Counted from the stretch's first letter, positions 47,404 through 58,750 are shown. The stretch: DNA of 64,000 nt from Candidatus Poribacteria bacterium (GCA_963665235.2 CAXXLX010000001.1:1312001-1376000); one strand, 5' to 3'. Translations and numbers: made by a program. The notes: a model not told the origin generated them from the sequence alone.

Positions 47404-48115
47404 AACCGAGCAGCCGTTTTAGTGTCGGTGTTGCACGCGCAATAACCTCATCCGATACCAATTGCAAATGGTTCTGTTGCGGTTTCAGAATAGACCGACA
47501 GAAAAAACCGAGCAGCGCAACGCGAGGCGTATCCGTTCTATTTTCTGACGAACCGTGCCATACCGAACCGTTGACAATCAGCACAGACCCCCGAGGGCCG
47601 CAGACCTGTTTCGCATCAGCGTATTCAACACCCGGCTCCGGCAACGCTTCAAGCCGTTGATGGCTCTCCGGCACACAGCGGGTCGCACCGTTTTCACGCG
47701 TAAAGTCATCTAAAAACCACACACTGTTCGCAACCATAGGAAAAGTAGGACGCGGTGTCGGAAGACCAGATAACGGATAATCAATATGGAGCCCCGCATC
47801 GGGTGCCCCCGGATAAAGCACATTTGCTGTAAACGAACTCAGCGTGCAATCAGCTCCAAGCAGATACTCCATGGCGGCAAGCATTTTCGGTTGTTGGATA
47901 GCCGCTTCAAAGACCTCGCCTTTGTCAATGAGATTCCAGACGCGCTGCGCACGTCCATCAGTTAAATAGGTGTGCCCCTTACCGGCCGCCTGCTCCGAAT
48001 TCGCAAGGAATAGAGCGCGTTCCCGGAGTTCGACCGCTGCATCCGATGTTATTAAATTTTCAAGGAGCAGAAAACCGCTTTGCATAAGTTGAGATTTTTC
48101 GGAAAGTGTCAACAT
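47375..48115 (-). CDS. Phytanoyl-CoA dioxygenase (PhyH) family protein
   Basis: LHID, DDFTRENGAT, WHGSSEN..R; RBS upstream of ATG 48115. Confidence 0.9.
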   Translation of the reverse strand: MLTLSEKSQLMQSGFLLLENLITSDAAVELRERALFLANSEQAAGKGHTYLTDGRAQRVWNLIDKGEVFEAAIQQPKMLAAMEYLLGADCTLSSFTANVLYPGAPDAGLHIDYPLSGLPTPRPTFPMVANSVWFLDDFTRENGATRCVPESHQRLEALPEPGVEYADAKQVCGPRGSVLIVNGSVWHGSSENRTDTPRVALLGFFCRSILKPQQNHLQLVSDEVIARATPTLKRLLGFNSLPNLNN

Positions 48116-48127
48116 AGATAAATTTCC

Positions 48128-48336
48128 CTCTAACGATTTAACGTGAGCTTGATAATAAATATCCATTTGCTCTAAACCTTTTTCACCGCGAAAAAAGCGG
48201 TATACTTGTAGCATAAACTTCTTAGTTTGTGCTCTAACGATTTAACGTGAGCTTGATAATAAATATCCATTTGCTCTAAACCTTTTTCACCGCGAAAAAA
48301 GCGGTATAATTGTAGCATAAACTTCCTAGTTTGTGC
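48128..48336. repeat. 104-bp tandem duplication, each copy ending in a GTAG-REP unit
   Basis: Copies at 48128-48231 and 48232-48336 differ at only a few positions. Confidence 0.9.
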
Positions 48337-48420
48337 TGTTTTTTGCTAAAACTACCACAGAACGCTCTAGGTCAAAACTTTTTTTCAAACTCGCGTTTAA
48401 GGATTTAACGATTTTTTTTC

Positions 48421-48668
48421 TTGACAATATTATAAGGTTTTTGGTAACATGTCAATTAGTTTAGTTTTTAATTGGATAAACAAAAGTTTTTATGCAAAAA
48501 AATGTATTTTTGACTTGACATATCTTGCAAATTGTGGTATCATATTAAATACGTGTTCAATTTAATCGATGATAATACCCACGGATGGGGGAATTTTGCC
48601 AAATTTCGGTAAAAAATACCGCATACCGATTAAAATGCTTGATTAATTTTGTCACTTTATGCTAAAAT
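48421..48668 (+). promoter_or_regulatory. Three tandem sigma70-like promoters upstream of the giant protein gene
   Basis: TTGACA 48421 / TGgTAACAT; TTGACA 48515 / TGgTATCAT; TTGATT 48639 / TGcTAAAAT. Confidence 0.6.
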
Positions 48669-49012
48669 AAAAGATATGGGCAAATTTTACAAAATACATC
48701 GGATTGATGATATATAATCACCCCAATCTGTGATGCAATTGTCTAAACGGATTTTCATAGGTCAAATATAGAGCTTCGGTGCCCAATTTTTACCTGCTTT
48801 GACCTTAAGATTACGGAATAATTAACTACGGAGATGTTGACTCCATCCCAGGGTCGATTTTACGTATACGGAAAATTTAGCACTGGGTAGTAGGATGGTT
48901 AGATGGGCAAACACCTACCTCCGGTTGTTTTTGTTGTGTTTCCCGCTTGCCCATCTAAAAACTTCAGTATTTAGTCTTGTGTTTGCACAGACTTAACGAG
49001 GAGGATGAGTTA

Positions 49013-52000
49013 ATGAAAAAACGAACACTTGTTTGTTTTTTGATTTTTACATTGTGTATTTTTTACAGTTCGATTCCGAACACCGTGTTCGCGCAAGATG
49101 GTAAATCTCTCGCCCAACAGGTGTTTGACAAGCACAGCGAGACGCTTTTACGCGACGACGTTAAAGTCCTTTTGCCAGAGCTGTTCGACGGTCTTAAGGG
49201 TTCAAACGTAGATGATCTCCCGGGGCTCATAAGTCTGGCTATCATTTTACTGAACGCTAATCAAGACGCGGCCGTAAAAGCGCAGGCCGCCAATAACGGT
49301 GTCACGCTAACAGATGATCACATTAAGCTTCTTAAAGACTCAGCTGTCCAAGCTGTCCTCAATGATGAAGCTACGAAGAGTTTACTTGGACTTAAAGGGG
49401 ACGGACTTGGGACAGCAATTGACGAACTTTCTAGGTTGATTAATGAGGCTGGCACTGACCCAGGTGATGGAACCGACCCAGGTGATGGAACCGACCCAGG
49501 TGATGGAACCGACCCAGGCGATGGAACTGACCCAGGTGATGGAACTGACCCAGGTGATGGAACTGACCCAGGTGATGGAACTGACCCAGGTGATGGAACC
49601 GACCCAGGTGATGGAACCGACCCAGGTGATGGAACCGACCCAGGCGATGGAACTGACCCAGGCGATGGAACTGACCCAGGTGATGGAACTGACCCAGGCG
49701 ATGGAACTGACCCAGGCGATGGAACCGACCCAGGCACAGATCCAATTATCCCTATTGATTCAGACCTAAATGGCACTTCACGACTTGGTGGACTTTCCCT
49801 TAACAAGGTTCATTTTGAACAGTTTGTGCAAGATATCATTGCTGCAGTGGACCCTTCAGGGCCTTCGGGTGCTCTAAGTTCCCTTATAAAACCGGATGAG
49901 ATAGATAGTCTGATAGATGGTATTCTACGTCTACCTCAGATTAAAGGATTTCTTCCAGCGGATCAGATTTCCATGATTAGTTGGCTTTTAAAGAATGAAT
50001 TTTCTATTTTCCAGGATGAACCCGCAGGATTAGATTCTGAGAACTTTGGAAATGCTATTATGCCTAGCCTTTCTGAGCTCCTCTATTCTGATGTTCCTAC
50101 CAAAAGCAAGTACCTGACAAGCGATAATCTGAATCTCTATGTGCGTGTTCCATCAGCACTGAACGGTGGTAAAGTTGAATTTAGACTCAATGGTCAGCAA
50201 GTAGCAGAGGCTACAAGAATTACCCCGGTTGAATTCCAAAAGGATACTATTCCTTATACCTTCCGGTTGGAGGAGACTCTCGCTGCTACCAACCTGCCTG
50301 CATTACCAGCACATGGCAATCAGATTTTCTCGGGTGTTGTGCTTCGCTATTCACAAACCGGATCAGATGGAGATTATATCGCTGTTGATATGATGCCGAT
50401 GCATGAGGGTAAAGGGGTTGTATGGAAAACTGAGATAGGCATTTTACCAAAAGGTAGTACCTATTACTATTTTGAAGTCACCCTCGCCGAGCCGGTTTAC
50501 CTTGAGGTTGTCAATCGTGAAGCACTTGCTGAGGCTGTATCTTCAGCAAACGCTACGCACACCCAAGAGCTAACAAGAACATATAAGATTGAGAATTGGG
50601 CAATGCCCGATCCGCATAACCTCCAATTGGTTGATCGGGGTATTTTTAAGGCACTCTTCACCGTCGATATTTTAGGAATTTTAGCTCTGCCCGAAGTCGG
50701 TAACGCCATTCGGAGTGGAGATCTAAGCGGGATTCGCCAAGAAACTTGGAATAGACTTCAGGGTTTATTCCTGCGCAATGCCGAAAAATTGACCAGCGAG
50801 CTTGAAGGGATGCCTATGGAAGAGGATGGAAAGCAGGTATATACTGGTGGTCTGTTTGATCCGTTGCTGGCTTCTGTCTTCAGCGTGCCAAACGTTGATG
50901 TAGAAACGCAGTCCCTTTGGTATGCTGATATCGGTTCAATTGCGGACAATTCAAGGTCTAATCCAATCCACACGCTGGAAGCTGTTGTACGCGATGCAAA
51001 TGGGGATGCAGTTGATGTAATTGCTGCTGCCTTCAGTAAGGATACCACTGCACCGGAAGCTACAATTGAGATTGCGCCTAGCGAAAATACGGCTGGTTAT
51101 ACGAACAACGATCGCATTTATGTTGCTACAGTTCCCTCAAGAGATGCTGCCGCGCTGCTAAGCATTAGAAGTCAAGTGCAAGCTGATGAGGTGGGACTGG
51201 ATAAAGGTTCTCTCATTTATCAAATTGCGCGGACAGATGAGGCTGGAAATCCTGTAAGCACTTGGATGCCTTTGGATGTTCAGGGTACTATGTTAGCCTC
51301 TGAGCTTTGGGATGTCGCTAGAGAGCGATTGACCTTAATTCCAGATGAAATTAAAGACCCAGCTACAGGTGCCTCCATTAAACCCAAAGAATTGTCTTTA
51401 GATGCACTTTTGGCACTGCTAAGCTCCCCGCTTGTGCAGCCTACATTGATAGGAGCCCTCAAGAACCTTGGTCTAACGAATGCTGATGAACAGCACGCCG
51501 CAGTGTTAACAGGGCTGCTAGGTGCAATCGCCGGGGATATTAACCTTGTACCGCTAACCTGGGATGCATCTCAGGAGATGACGATGGCTATTCAAGGTGA
51601 GAACATGCCGCTCCTTACCGGGAACTATCGTATTCGTGCCCTCGGTATCGATTCGCTCCTCAATATCAGTTCTCATGACCAGGGACAGCATCTCAGAATC
51701 GTCGCGCCTGAAGAAAATTATGATCGGGCAAGCGTCATCCTCGCAAGTTTAGGCGATGTCAACGATAATGGCAAGGCTGATGATTACGAAACGGGGACTA
51801 TCTACAAAAATACCACCGACAATGTCATGTTAACTGTTAAGTTCAGCGAGCGTTCAGTGCATCCTGTTACTCTCCAAGTTCAATACATGGATGCAGATGG
51901 CATCACGTGGAATAACATCGGCGACCTGCTTTCCCTTGCCGAAGGGGTGGACGAAGTTGCCCCAATTTCTTGGAACGTCACCGATTTTGATGCATTAGTC

Positions 52001-55000
52001 GCAGCTGGCGATACTGTCAAGGTCCGTGCAGTCGCAGAAAACGCCCTTGGACTCCCAGATGACGACCCAATGGTGCTCTCCATTAATTTGGATGACGATG
52101 TGCATCCAGTCGATCCGGTGGTATTAGCTGTTGACGTTGATGCAACGTCCATTATGAAAACGAATCAGGATAGCGGTGCCCCGCAAGGGACAATCAACCT
52201 TATCGGGTATACACCACGTCGGACGGTCCCAGCAACTGACATAATTCGTGTTGAAGCCAAACGGATGACTGACGAAATGTGGATGGAAATCGGTATTGTT
52301 GAAGTCAGCGATGCTAACGGTATGGGAGGCGGAGATACCGCTGCTATTCCCTTTAAAGGTAAAACACTGGCAGATGCGCATTCCGGGCTCCATATAGATC
52401 CGACCAGTAGTTATCTCAAATGGGTGGTTACTGTAGATACGACCGCCTTAGCGGATACCATCACGAAGGATAGCCCCGGCGCACGCGATGTAGCACTTGA
52501 TGACAACCGCTACATGGTGCGGGCTTATGCTGTCGGTGAGGACGGTAGTGATGTTTCTCCTGTCCTTGAAGGTGATAACACTGAAATGTTCTCCGTTGAC
52601 AACGATGACGATGTCGCACCACTCGGGCCGACAAAAGTTGTAGTAGTTTCTACTAGGGTTGACGCAGTTAATCCCCACTTTGTAGACCATGGCGAAGGTA
52701 AGTACGAAGCAGGTGGCCTCGTTGACAAATATGACGATACCTCACCTGTTATTACCTTGATGCTTACGCCAACAGCCAAGCGGTCAACTTATGCAGGGGT
52801 GAAGTTGATAACGACTCTTCCTGAAGGTGCTGTGATAGTAGGACCGACTGAGACTGCGGAAGGCAGTGGTGTCTTTAAAGTAACAGTTGATATCGGCACA
52901 CTTATGGACGAAGACGATATGGTCCACAACGACGTATATCTGCCAAACGGTGATTATATGTTCCACGCCCTGGCTTATGACAAGGCGGAGCCATACAATG
53001 ACGAGACTGCTGCTGACGAAATGTTTCTCGAATACGGAAATATTCAAGCCGATACTTACGACGATGATGAAATCACGGTGACTGTCAAGAACACTTACCG
53101 TCCCGCTCCGGGCGTAGTAGCAATCACCGTCGACAATTCAGACGAGATGATGAATCCGGATAGCAGCGCGCCGCAAGGCGAACTCACGCTCAATGCATAT
53201 TCGCACGATATCACTTCACCGCCAACAGAAGAGGTTCGATTTGAAGTCAAACGTTCTGGCGATGAAGCTTGGACTGTCGTTGGCACTGCAAGTGAATCCA
53301 CACCTGTTACGAAAGCGGATGCGGATATAGCAGATGTTTTAAATGGGCTTGTCGGAATTACAGAAAACGGCACAATGTCGGGTGAGGAATCAGAAACCGA
53401 CATCCTTGAACCCTACCAGAAATGGTCTATTACCATTGATACTGTTGCTCTTGGATTAGAGGATACTATCGCACGTGGTGATGCCGCGCAACGCGATGTC
53501 AAGTTAGATGATAACCAGTATGAGGTCCGCGCGATTTCACTCACGCCGAAAAACCCCGAGATGCCCGAACATGAGCAGCTGGCCGGTGTGGCAGCATCCT
53601 TCTCATTAGATAATGTTGATGATGTTCCCCCACTCGGACCGACAAACATCACCGGTATTTCTGATATTGCAGGGGACATCGCTCAGAACGAAGATGGCAG
53701 CTACACTGTCAGTTTAATCGTTGATGAACCAGCCCTCGCAGCAACGACAGATGTCACATTTACCATTAAACCGACTGCTGATGAGAAAACTTATGTCGGC
53801 GGTAAGGTTATCTTGGTTCAAACTGCGCCTGATGGCACAGTCATGGAATTTGAAAATGCTGTTGAAGCTGGACAGGTTACGATTAACGTCAATCAGGATG
53901 CAAACGAAAACGGCATCTACACGTATTACGCGCTTGTTGAAGATAGTGAAAGCAATAGGCAAGCAAATACAGAAGAGGAAGGGATTTCTCCAGTCATCGA
54001 TGTCCATGTCAAAAACTTCCGTGCAAGTGACATTCAGGAACTTATGGTCACGGCAGTTGATGGCAAATCGGTGGATGAGAATGGTTTCCTTGAGGTGGAT
54101 GGCAAACTTCTGAAGGTAAACGGCGAAGATGCTGTCCGAATTCCGCTCCGAGACTCAATCGATGTGAGTTTCAATGTTGCTGATACCTCATGGCTAGCAG
54201 TTGGAGACCTCACAGGTGTCCTTGTCGCTCAAAACGAGGTAATGTTCACCGCAAGTAGCGATGCTGAGAATATGTTCGCACTGATGGCAGAAAAGCTTTC
54301 AGAGCTGGACGATGGCTGGTATACAGCAGAAGGCGAAATCACAAAACGGAACGGTTCTATAATCTTCCCGTTAGCGGACATTAATTTGGATAACACCGGC
54401 CCAATGATCGTTATTAAAACGCCAACAGTAGGGGCTACAGTCAATGACTTGCCAACACTGCTTGCTAGTTTAGACGATGGCGAATTGGGTAGTGGTGTCA
54501 GTGCACAAGATACAGCTGTTGTGACCCTCGTCCGGATTCGTCCGAAACATGAGGGGCAGGTAGAAGTTGATGTTGATGTCGACGATAGCCTTGTTGAGCA
54601 AAATCTCGACTCGCTCGTCTACACTGGCACTAATAACCTTTCCGGTGGCGCATATACGTTTAAAATCCAGGTTGCAGATAGTCTAGGAACCGTTGGTACA
54701 GAGTCGGTAACGTTTGCTATTGAAGGTTTAAACCCAACAGTTGTCATTACCGCACCTGCTTCCGGGCAAACTTTTGATGCGAGCCCAGAAAGCATTACAG
54801 GTTTCTTTGCTGGTGGCGGCGAGGTTAGCGTTACGAAGTTTTCCGTTAACGACGTGGATATGGATATAACGCCAGATGGAAACAACTTCACTTATATGCC
54901 AGCTGAAGGATTCAGTGAAGGCGACCACAAAGTCAATGTTGAAGTTACGGATGGCAGCGGCTTAACGGCTGAAACCTCCTTAACCTTCACAGTAGAATTA

Positions 55001-58000
55001 CCGATTCCGACAGTGTCTATAGCAGCACCTGCTCCTGGTAGCATTCATGACCATGAGTTCAGTCATATCGCTGGTGAATTCAGCGGTGTCGGTGATGTTG
55101 AAATCACACTGATGGTCGGTGATAAGGAAGTTGATGTAACCCAAAAGGGTAATCAGTTTACCGCTACATATCCAGAGAAGTTAGCTGAAGGCGACCATAA
55201 GGTATCTGTCATGATTACCGATGCGAATGAAAAAACCGCCAACGCATCAGCCGCATTCTCCGTAGTCTATCCTGTCCCAACGGTGTCTATAGCGTCACCC
55301 GCTGCAGGTAGTGCTCACGACCATGAGTTCAATCATATCGCTGGCGAGTTCAGCGGTGTCGGTGATGTTGAAATCACACTGATGGTCGGTGATACAGAGG
55401 TTGATGTAACGCAAAAGGGTAATCAGTTTACCGCTGCATACCCAGAGAAGTTAGCTGAAGGTGACCATATGGTATCTGTCATGATTACCGATGCGAATGA
55501 AAAAACCGCCAACGCATCAGCCGCATTCTCAATCGCCTATCCTGATGCGATGATATCTATAACCTCACCCGCTGCAAGCGGTGCTTATGACCACGAGTTC
55601 CGTTACATTGAGGGTGAATTTACTGGCGTTGGTCCAGTAGATATCAGCCTGATGGTTGGGGAGACCGAGGTTAAAGGTGTATCTATAGCAGGCATGCAGT
55701 TTAGTGCTACATTGCCAGATAAGCTGCCCGAAGGCGACCATAAGGTAACCGCCAAGATTAAGGATGCAAATGATGAAGAGGCCGCAGCATCGACCGAATT
55801 CAAAGTTACGTATCCTGATGCGATGGTGTCTATAGCGTCACCTGCTGCAGGTAGCACACACGACCATGAGTTCAGTCATATCGCTGGCGAGTTCAGCGGT
55901 GTCGGTGAAGTCGAAATCACACTGATGGTCGGTGATATGGAAGTTGATGTAACGCAAAAGGGTAATCAGTTTACCGCTGCATATCCAGAGAAGTTAGCTG
56001 AAGGTGACCATACGGTATCCGTTATGATTACCGATGCCAATGGGGAAACCGCTAACGCATCAGCCGCATTCTCAATCGCCTATCCTGATGCGATGATATC
56101 TATAACCTCACCCGCTGCAAGCGGTGCTTATGACCACGAGTTCCGTTACATTGAGGGTGAATTTACTGGCGTTGGTCCAGTAGATATCAGCCTGATGGTT
56201 GGGGAGACCGAGGTTAAAGGTGTATCTATAGCAGGCATGCAGTTTAGTGCTACATTGCCAGATAAGCTGCCCGAAGGCGACCATAAGGTAACCGCCAAGA
56301 TTAAGGATGCAAATGATGAAGAGGCCGCAGCATCGACCGAATTCAAAGTTACGTATCCTGATGCGATGGTGTCTATAGCGTCACCTGCTGCAGGTAGCAC
56401 ACATGACCATGAGTTCAGTCATATCGCTGGCGAGTTCAGCGGTGTCGGTGAAGTCGAAATCACACTGATGGTTGGTGATAAGGAAGTTGATGTAACGCAA
56501 AAGGGTAATCAGTTTACCGCTGCATACCCAGAGAAGTTAGCTGAAGGCGACCATACGGTATCCGTCATGATTACCGATGCCAATGAGAAAACCGCTAACG
56601 CATCAGCCGCATTCTCAATCGTCTATCCTATGCCGATGGTGTCTATAGCAGCACCCGCTGCAGGTAGCACACACGACCATGAGTTCAGCCATATCGCTGG
56701 TGAATTCAGCGGTGTCGGTGAAGTCGAAATCACACTGATGGTTGGTGATAAGGAAGTTGATGTAACGCAAAAGGGTAATCAGTTTACCGCTGCATACCCA
56801 GAGAAGTTAGCTGAAGGCGACCATACGGTATCTGTCATGATTACCGATGCCAATGAGAAAACCGCCAACGCATCAGCCGCATTCTCGATTGCATATCCAA
56901 TGCCGACAGTGATGATCCAATCACCTGCTGCTGGCCACATGTACGGTCATAGCGAATCGGTGGCAATCCTGGGTGAATTTACCGGTGTAGATAAAGTTGA
57001 TGTCGATGTCACACTTGATGGTAAAGCCGTTGAAGGCGTATCTGTAAAAGATAACCAGTTTACCGCTAACCTTAAAGCGGCAACATTAAGTGATGGTGAA
57101 CATAGGATTGATGTTACAGTCACGGATGCGAACAAGAAAACCGCGCAAACATCGACTATCTTCAAAGTCAATGTACCAGGGCCGACAGTTGAACTCCTCT
57201 CACCGGCCGCGGGTCAAACCTATGACCACGGTAAACCGGTTGTTCGGGGGACATACACAGGCGTTGGTGACATTACGCTAATGCTTGCTATTGACGACGG
57301 TGACCCGTTTGAGGTTGCAGGCGAAGATAACCAATTCACTTATATGCCTCCTGAAGAGCTAGGTGGCGGTGAACACACCGTTTCTGTTACAGCGGAAGAT
57401 GCCAATGGCAAAACGGCGCATGCAACCGTTGTCTTCTCAATAGAGCTAGATTCAACACCGCCTGTCATTTCAGAGGTATCGCCATCTGGTGTGGTGAGGC
57501 TCAATAAAGCGGATGTCCTCGCGGAGAACTTTGCCATAACGATTTCGGCAGTTGTCAGTGATGACGAGTCTGATATCTTAGACGTTAACTACGTAATTGA
57601 CGGTGGAGACACAAACACTTATCCTGTCAACCGCGTTAAGAATAGGTTCGAGATTGTAGAAAGCTTTACCGCCGGTCCACACACAGTTAAACTGTCAGTG
57701 ACCAGTAAAGGTGGCACTCGGGAATTCAGTTGGCAATTCGTATTAGAGGTTGATGATGTTGCCCCGGTAATTTCGTCAATCACGCCTACGGGTACCCTCC
57801 ATGCGGGACTTCCGACAATTTCGGCAAGTGCTGTGGATGCATCCGGTGTAACCGAAATGGTTATCACACTGATGGATAGCAGTGGCGAAGTGGTGGAAGG
57901 CGAGACCCAAGATGATGATGAAGATAGAATTAACCCAGGTATCACCCGTTTAGACTTCCATCCGGCTGAACCTCTCGCTGAGGGGACTTACGTGATTGAG

Positions 58001-58750
58001 GTTAGAGCGACCGATGCGTTCGGTAATTCTGCTACGGCAAAAGGCGGTTTCACAATTGATTTCGATACCGCTGCGCCTATCATCACGATGGCATCGCCAC
58101 AGAACGGCGCACGCTTGATGTATGATATGGATGAAGCACGGCGCCCGACGATTTCAATCACCTACGCCGATGCTGAAACTGGGATAGATGTTGATTCCAT
58201 CCGATTCGTTTTGAATGACAATTTGATTACCCTCACAGCCGCGCAAAAGTCAGCTTCACAGGTAGTGTATGTACCAGATGCTGACCTTGAGCCTGGACAG
58301 TATGCTGTGAAGTTGGAAGTGTCTGACAGAGCGCATCAACAGGGCAACGTCTCTGATGAGAACGAAGGGGCTCGGAAGGCTAATATGGCCGTCTACGAAT
58401 TCGGCTTCTCTGTTGAAGTCAAGGACGGACCGATATTGGCAGCACGTCCCATTAACTACCCCAACCCGTTCAAAGAGAACACTCGGATTTCCTTCACGCT
58501 TGCACGGCAGTCAACCGTTACGATTGTCATTTATGACGCAACGTTACGACCTGTCCGCGTGCTTGTAGATAACGAAGTCTGGGATGCAGGCGAGTATACC
58601 CACAAGCCTGACGGTTCAGATGCAATCGGGTGGGATGGAAAAACAAGCGGTGGCGAAGACCTGGCACGAGGCATCTATTTCTGCCAGATTACGGTAGCCG
58701 ATGGCTTCGAACCAGAGACCGCTATTCTTAAGCTCGCTCTGACGCGCTAA
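49013..58750 (+). CDS. Giant acidic surface protein with Ig-like repeats and a C-terminal PNPF/FlgD-Ig (T9SS-CTD-like) domain
   Basis: Signal peptide ending VFA; (GDGTDP)n; about 10 Ig-like repeats of about 90 aa (L.EGDH.V.V..TD); NYPNPF..WDGK..GIYF. Confidence 0.9.
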   Translation: MKKRTLVCFLIFTLCIFYSSIPNTVFAQDGKSLAQQVFDKHSETLLRDDVKVLLPELFDGLKGSNVDDLPGLISLAIILLNANQDAAVKAQAANNGVTLTDDHIKLLKDSAVQAVLNDEATKSLLGLKGDGLGTAIDELSRLINEAGTDPGDGTDPGDGTDPGDGTDPGDGTDPGDGTDPGDGTDPGDGTDPGDGTDPGDGTDPGDGTDPGDGTDPGDGTDPGDGTDPGDGTDPGDGTDPGTDPIIPIDSDLNGTSRLGGLSLNKVHFEQFVQDIIAAVDPSGPSGALSSLIKPDEIDSLIDGILRLPQIKGFLPADQISMISWLLKNEFSIFQDEPAGLDSENFGNAIMPSLSELLYSDVPTKSKYLTSDNLNLYVRVPSALNGGKVEFRLNGQQVAEATRITPVEFQKDTIPYTFRLEETLAATNLPALPAHGNQIFSGVVLRYSQTGSDGDYIAVDMMPMHEGKGVVWKTEIGILPKGSTYYYFEVTLAEPVYLEVVNREALAEAVSSANATHTQELTRTYKIENWAMPDPHNLQLVDRGIFKALFTVDILGILALPEVGNAIRSGDLSGIRQETWNRLQGLFLRNAEKLTSELEGMPMEEDGKQVYTGGLFDPLLASVFSVPNVDVETQSLWYADIGSIADNSRSNPIHTLEAVVRDANGDAVDVIAAAFSKDTTAPEATIEIAPSENTAGYTNNDRIYVATVPSRDAAALLSIRSQVQADEVGLDKGSLIYQIARTDEAGNPVSTWMPLDVQGTMLASELWDVARERLTLIPDEIKDPATGASIKPKELSLDALLALLSSPLVQPTLIGALKNLGLTNADEQHAAVLTGLLGAIAGDINLVPLTWDASQEMTMAIQGENMPLLTGNYRIRALGIDSLLNISSHDQGQHLRIVAPEENYDRASVILASLGDVNDNGKADDYETGTIYKNTTDNVMLTVKFSERSVHPVTLQVQYMDADGITWNNIGDLLSLAEGVDEVAPISWNVTDFDALVAAGDTVKVRAVAENALGLPDDDPMVLSINLDDDVHPVDPVVLAVDVDATSIMKTNQDSGAPQGTINLIGYTPRRTVPATDIIRVEAKRMTDEMWMEIGIVEVSDANGMGGGDTAAIPFKGKTLADAHSGLHIDPTSSYLKWVVTVDTTALADTITKDSPGARDVALDDNRYMVRAYAVGEDGSDVSPVLEGDNTEMFSVDNDDDVAPLGPTKVVVVSTRVDAVNPHFVDHGEGKYEAGGLVDKYDDTSPVITLMLTPTAKRSTYAGVKLITTLPEGAVIVGPTETAEGSGVFKVTVDIGTLMDEDDMVHNDVYLPNGDYMFHALAYDKAEPYNDETAADEMFLEYGNIQADTYDDDEITVTVKNTYRPAPGVVAITVDNSDEMMNPDSSAPQGELTLNAYSHDITSPPTEEVRFEVKRSGDEAWTVVGTASESTPVTKADADIADVLNGLVGITENGTMSGEESETDILEPYQKWSITIDTVALGLEDTIARGDAAQRDVKLDDNQYEVRAISLTPKNPEMPEHEQLAGVAASFSLDNVDDVPPLGPTNITGISDIAGDIAQNEDGSYTVSLIVDEPALAATTDVTFTIKPTADEKTYVGGKVILVQTAPDGTVMEFENAVEAGQVTINVNQDANENGIYTYYALVEDSESNRQANTEEEGISPVIDVHVKNFRASDIQELMVTAVDGKSVDENGFLEVDGKLLKVNGEDAVRIPLRDSIDVSFNVADTSWLAVGDLTGVLVAQNEVMFTASSDAENMFALMAEKLSELDDGWYTAEGEITKRNGSIIFPLADINLDNTGPMIVIKTPTVGATVNDLPTLLASLDDGELGSGVSAQDTAVVTLVRIRPKHEGQVEVDVDVDDSLVEQNLDSLVYTGTNNLSGGAYTFKIQVADSLGTVGTESVTFAIEGLNPTVVITAPASGQTFDASPESITGFFAGGGEVSVTKFSVNDVDMDITPDGNNFTYMPAEGFSEGDHKVNVEVTDGSGLTAETSLTFTVELPIPTVSIAAPAPGSIHDHEFSHIAGEFSGVGDVEITLMVGDKEVDVTQKGNQFTATYPEKLAEGDHKVSVMITDANEKTANASAAFSVVYPVPTVSIASPAAGSAHDHEFNHIAGEFSGVGDVEITLMVGDTEVDVTQKGNQFTAAYPEKLAEGDHMVSVMITDANEKTANASAAFSIAYPDAMISITSPAASGAYDHEFRYIEGEFTGVGPVDISLMVGETEVKGVSIAGMQFSATLPDKLPEGDHKVTAKIKDANDEEAAASTEFKVTYPDAMVSIASPAAGSTHDHEFSHIAGEFSGVGEVEITLMVGDMEVDVTQKGNQFTAAYPEKLAEGDHTVSVMITDANGETANASAAFSIAYPDAMISITSPAASGAYDHEFRYIEGEFTGVGPVDISLMVGETEVKGVSIAGMQFSATLPDKLPEGDHKVTAKIKDANDEEAAASTEFKVTYPDAMVSIASPAAGSTHDHEFSHIAGEFSGVGEVEITLMVGDKEVDVTQKGNQFTAAYPEKLAEGDHTVSVMITDANEKTANASAAFSIVYPMPMVSIAAPAAGSTHDHEFSHIAGEFSGVGEVEITLMVGDKEVDVTQKGNQFTAAYPEKLAEGDHTVSVMITDANEKTANASAAFSIAYPMPTVMIQSPAAGHMYGHSESVAILGEFTGVDKVDVDVTLDGKAVEGVSVKDNQFTANLKAATLSDGEHRIDVTVTDANKKTAQTSTIFKVNVPGPTVELLSPAAGQTYDHGKPVVRGTYTGVGDITLMLAIDDGDPFEVAGEDNQFTYMPPEELGGGEHTVSVTAEDANGKTAHATVVFSIELDSTPPVISEVSPSGVVRLNKADVLAENFAITISAVVSDDESDILDVNYVIDGGDTNTYPVNRVKNRFEIVESFTAGPHTVKLSVTSKGGTREFSWQFVLEVDDVAPVISSITPTGTLHAGLPTISASAVDASGVTEMVITLMDSSGEVVEGETQDDDEDRINPGITRLDFHPAEPLAEGTYVIEVRATDAFGNSATAKGGFTIDFDTAAPIITMASPQNGARLMYDMDEARRPTISITYADAETGIDVDSIRFVLNDNLITLTAAQKSASQVVYVPDADLEPGQYAVKLEVSDRAHQQGNVSDENEGARKANMAVYEFGFSVEVKDGPILAARPINYPNPFKENTRISFTLARQSTVTIVIYDATLRPVRVLVDNEVWDAGEYTHKPDGSDAIGWDGKTSGGEDLARGIYFCQITVADGFEPETAILKLALTR
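49451..49745 (+). repeat. 18-bp VNTR encoding about 16 GDGTDP units
   Basis: (gacccagg(t/c)gatggaac(t/c))n. Confidence 0.95.
55000..56920 (+). repeat. Near-identical 270/273-bp Ig-domain repeats, including a 543-bp duplication
   Basis: Identical antisense ORFs at 55603 and 56146 (offset 543 bp). Repeat order is A-A-B-A-B-A-A. Confidence 0.9.

Noticed and set aside
48678-48960. c-di-GMP-I riboswitch suggested by GGGCAAA motifs
   Set aside because: The GAAA tetraloop stem and GCAAAG receptor arrangement are not present.
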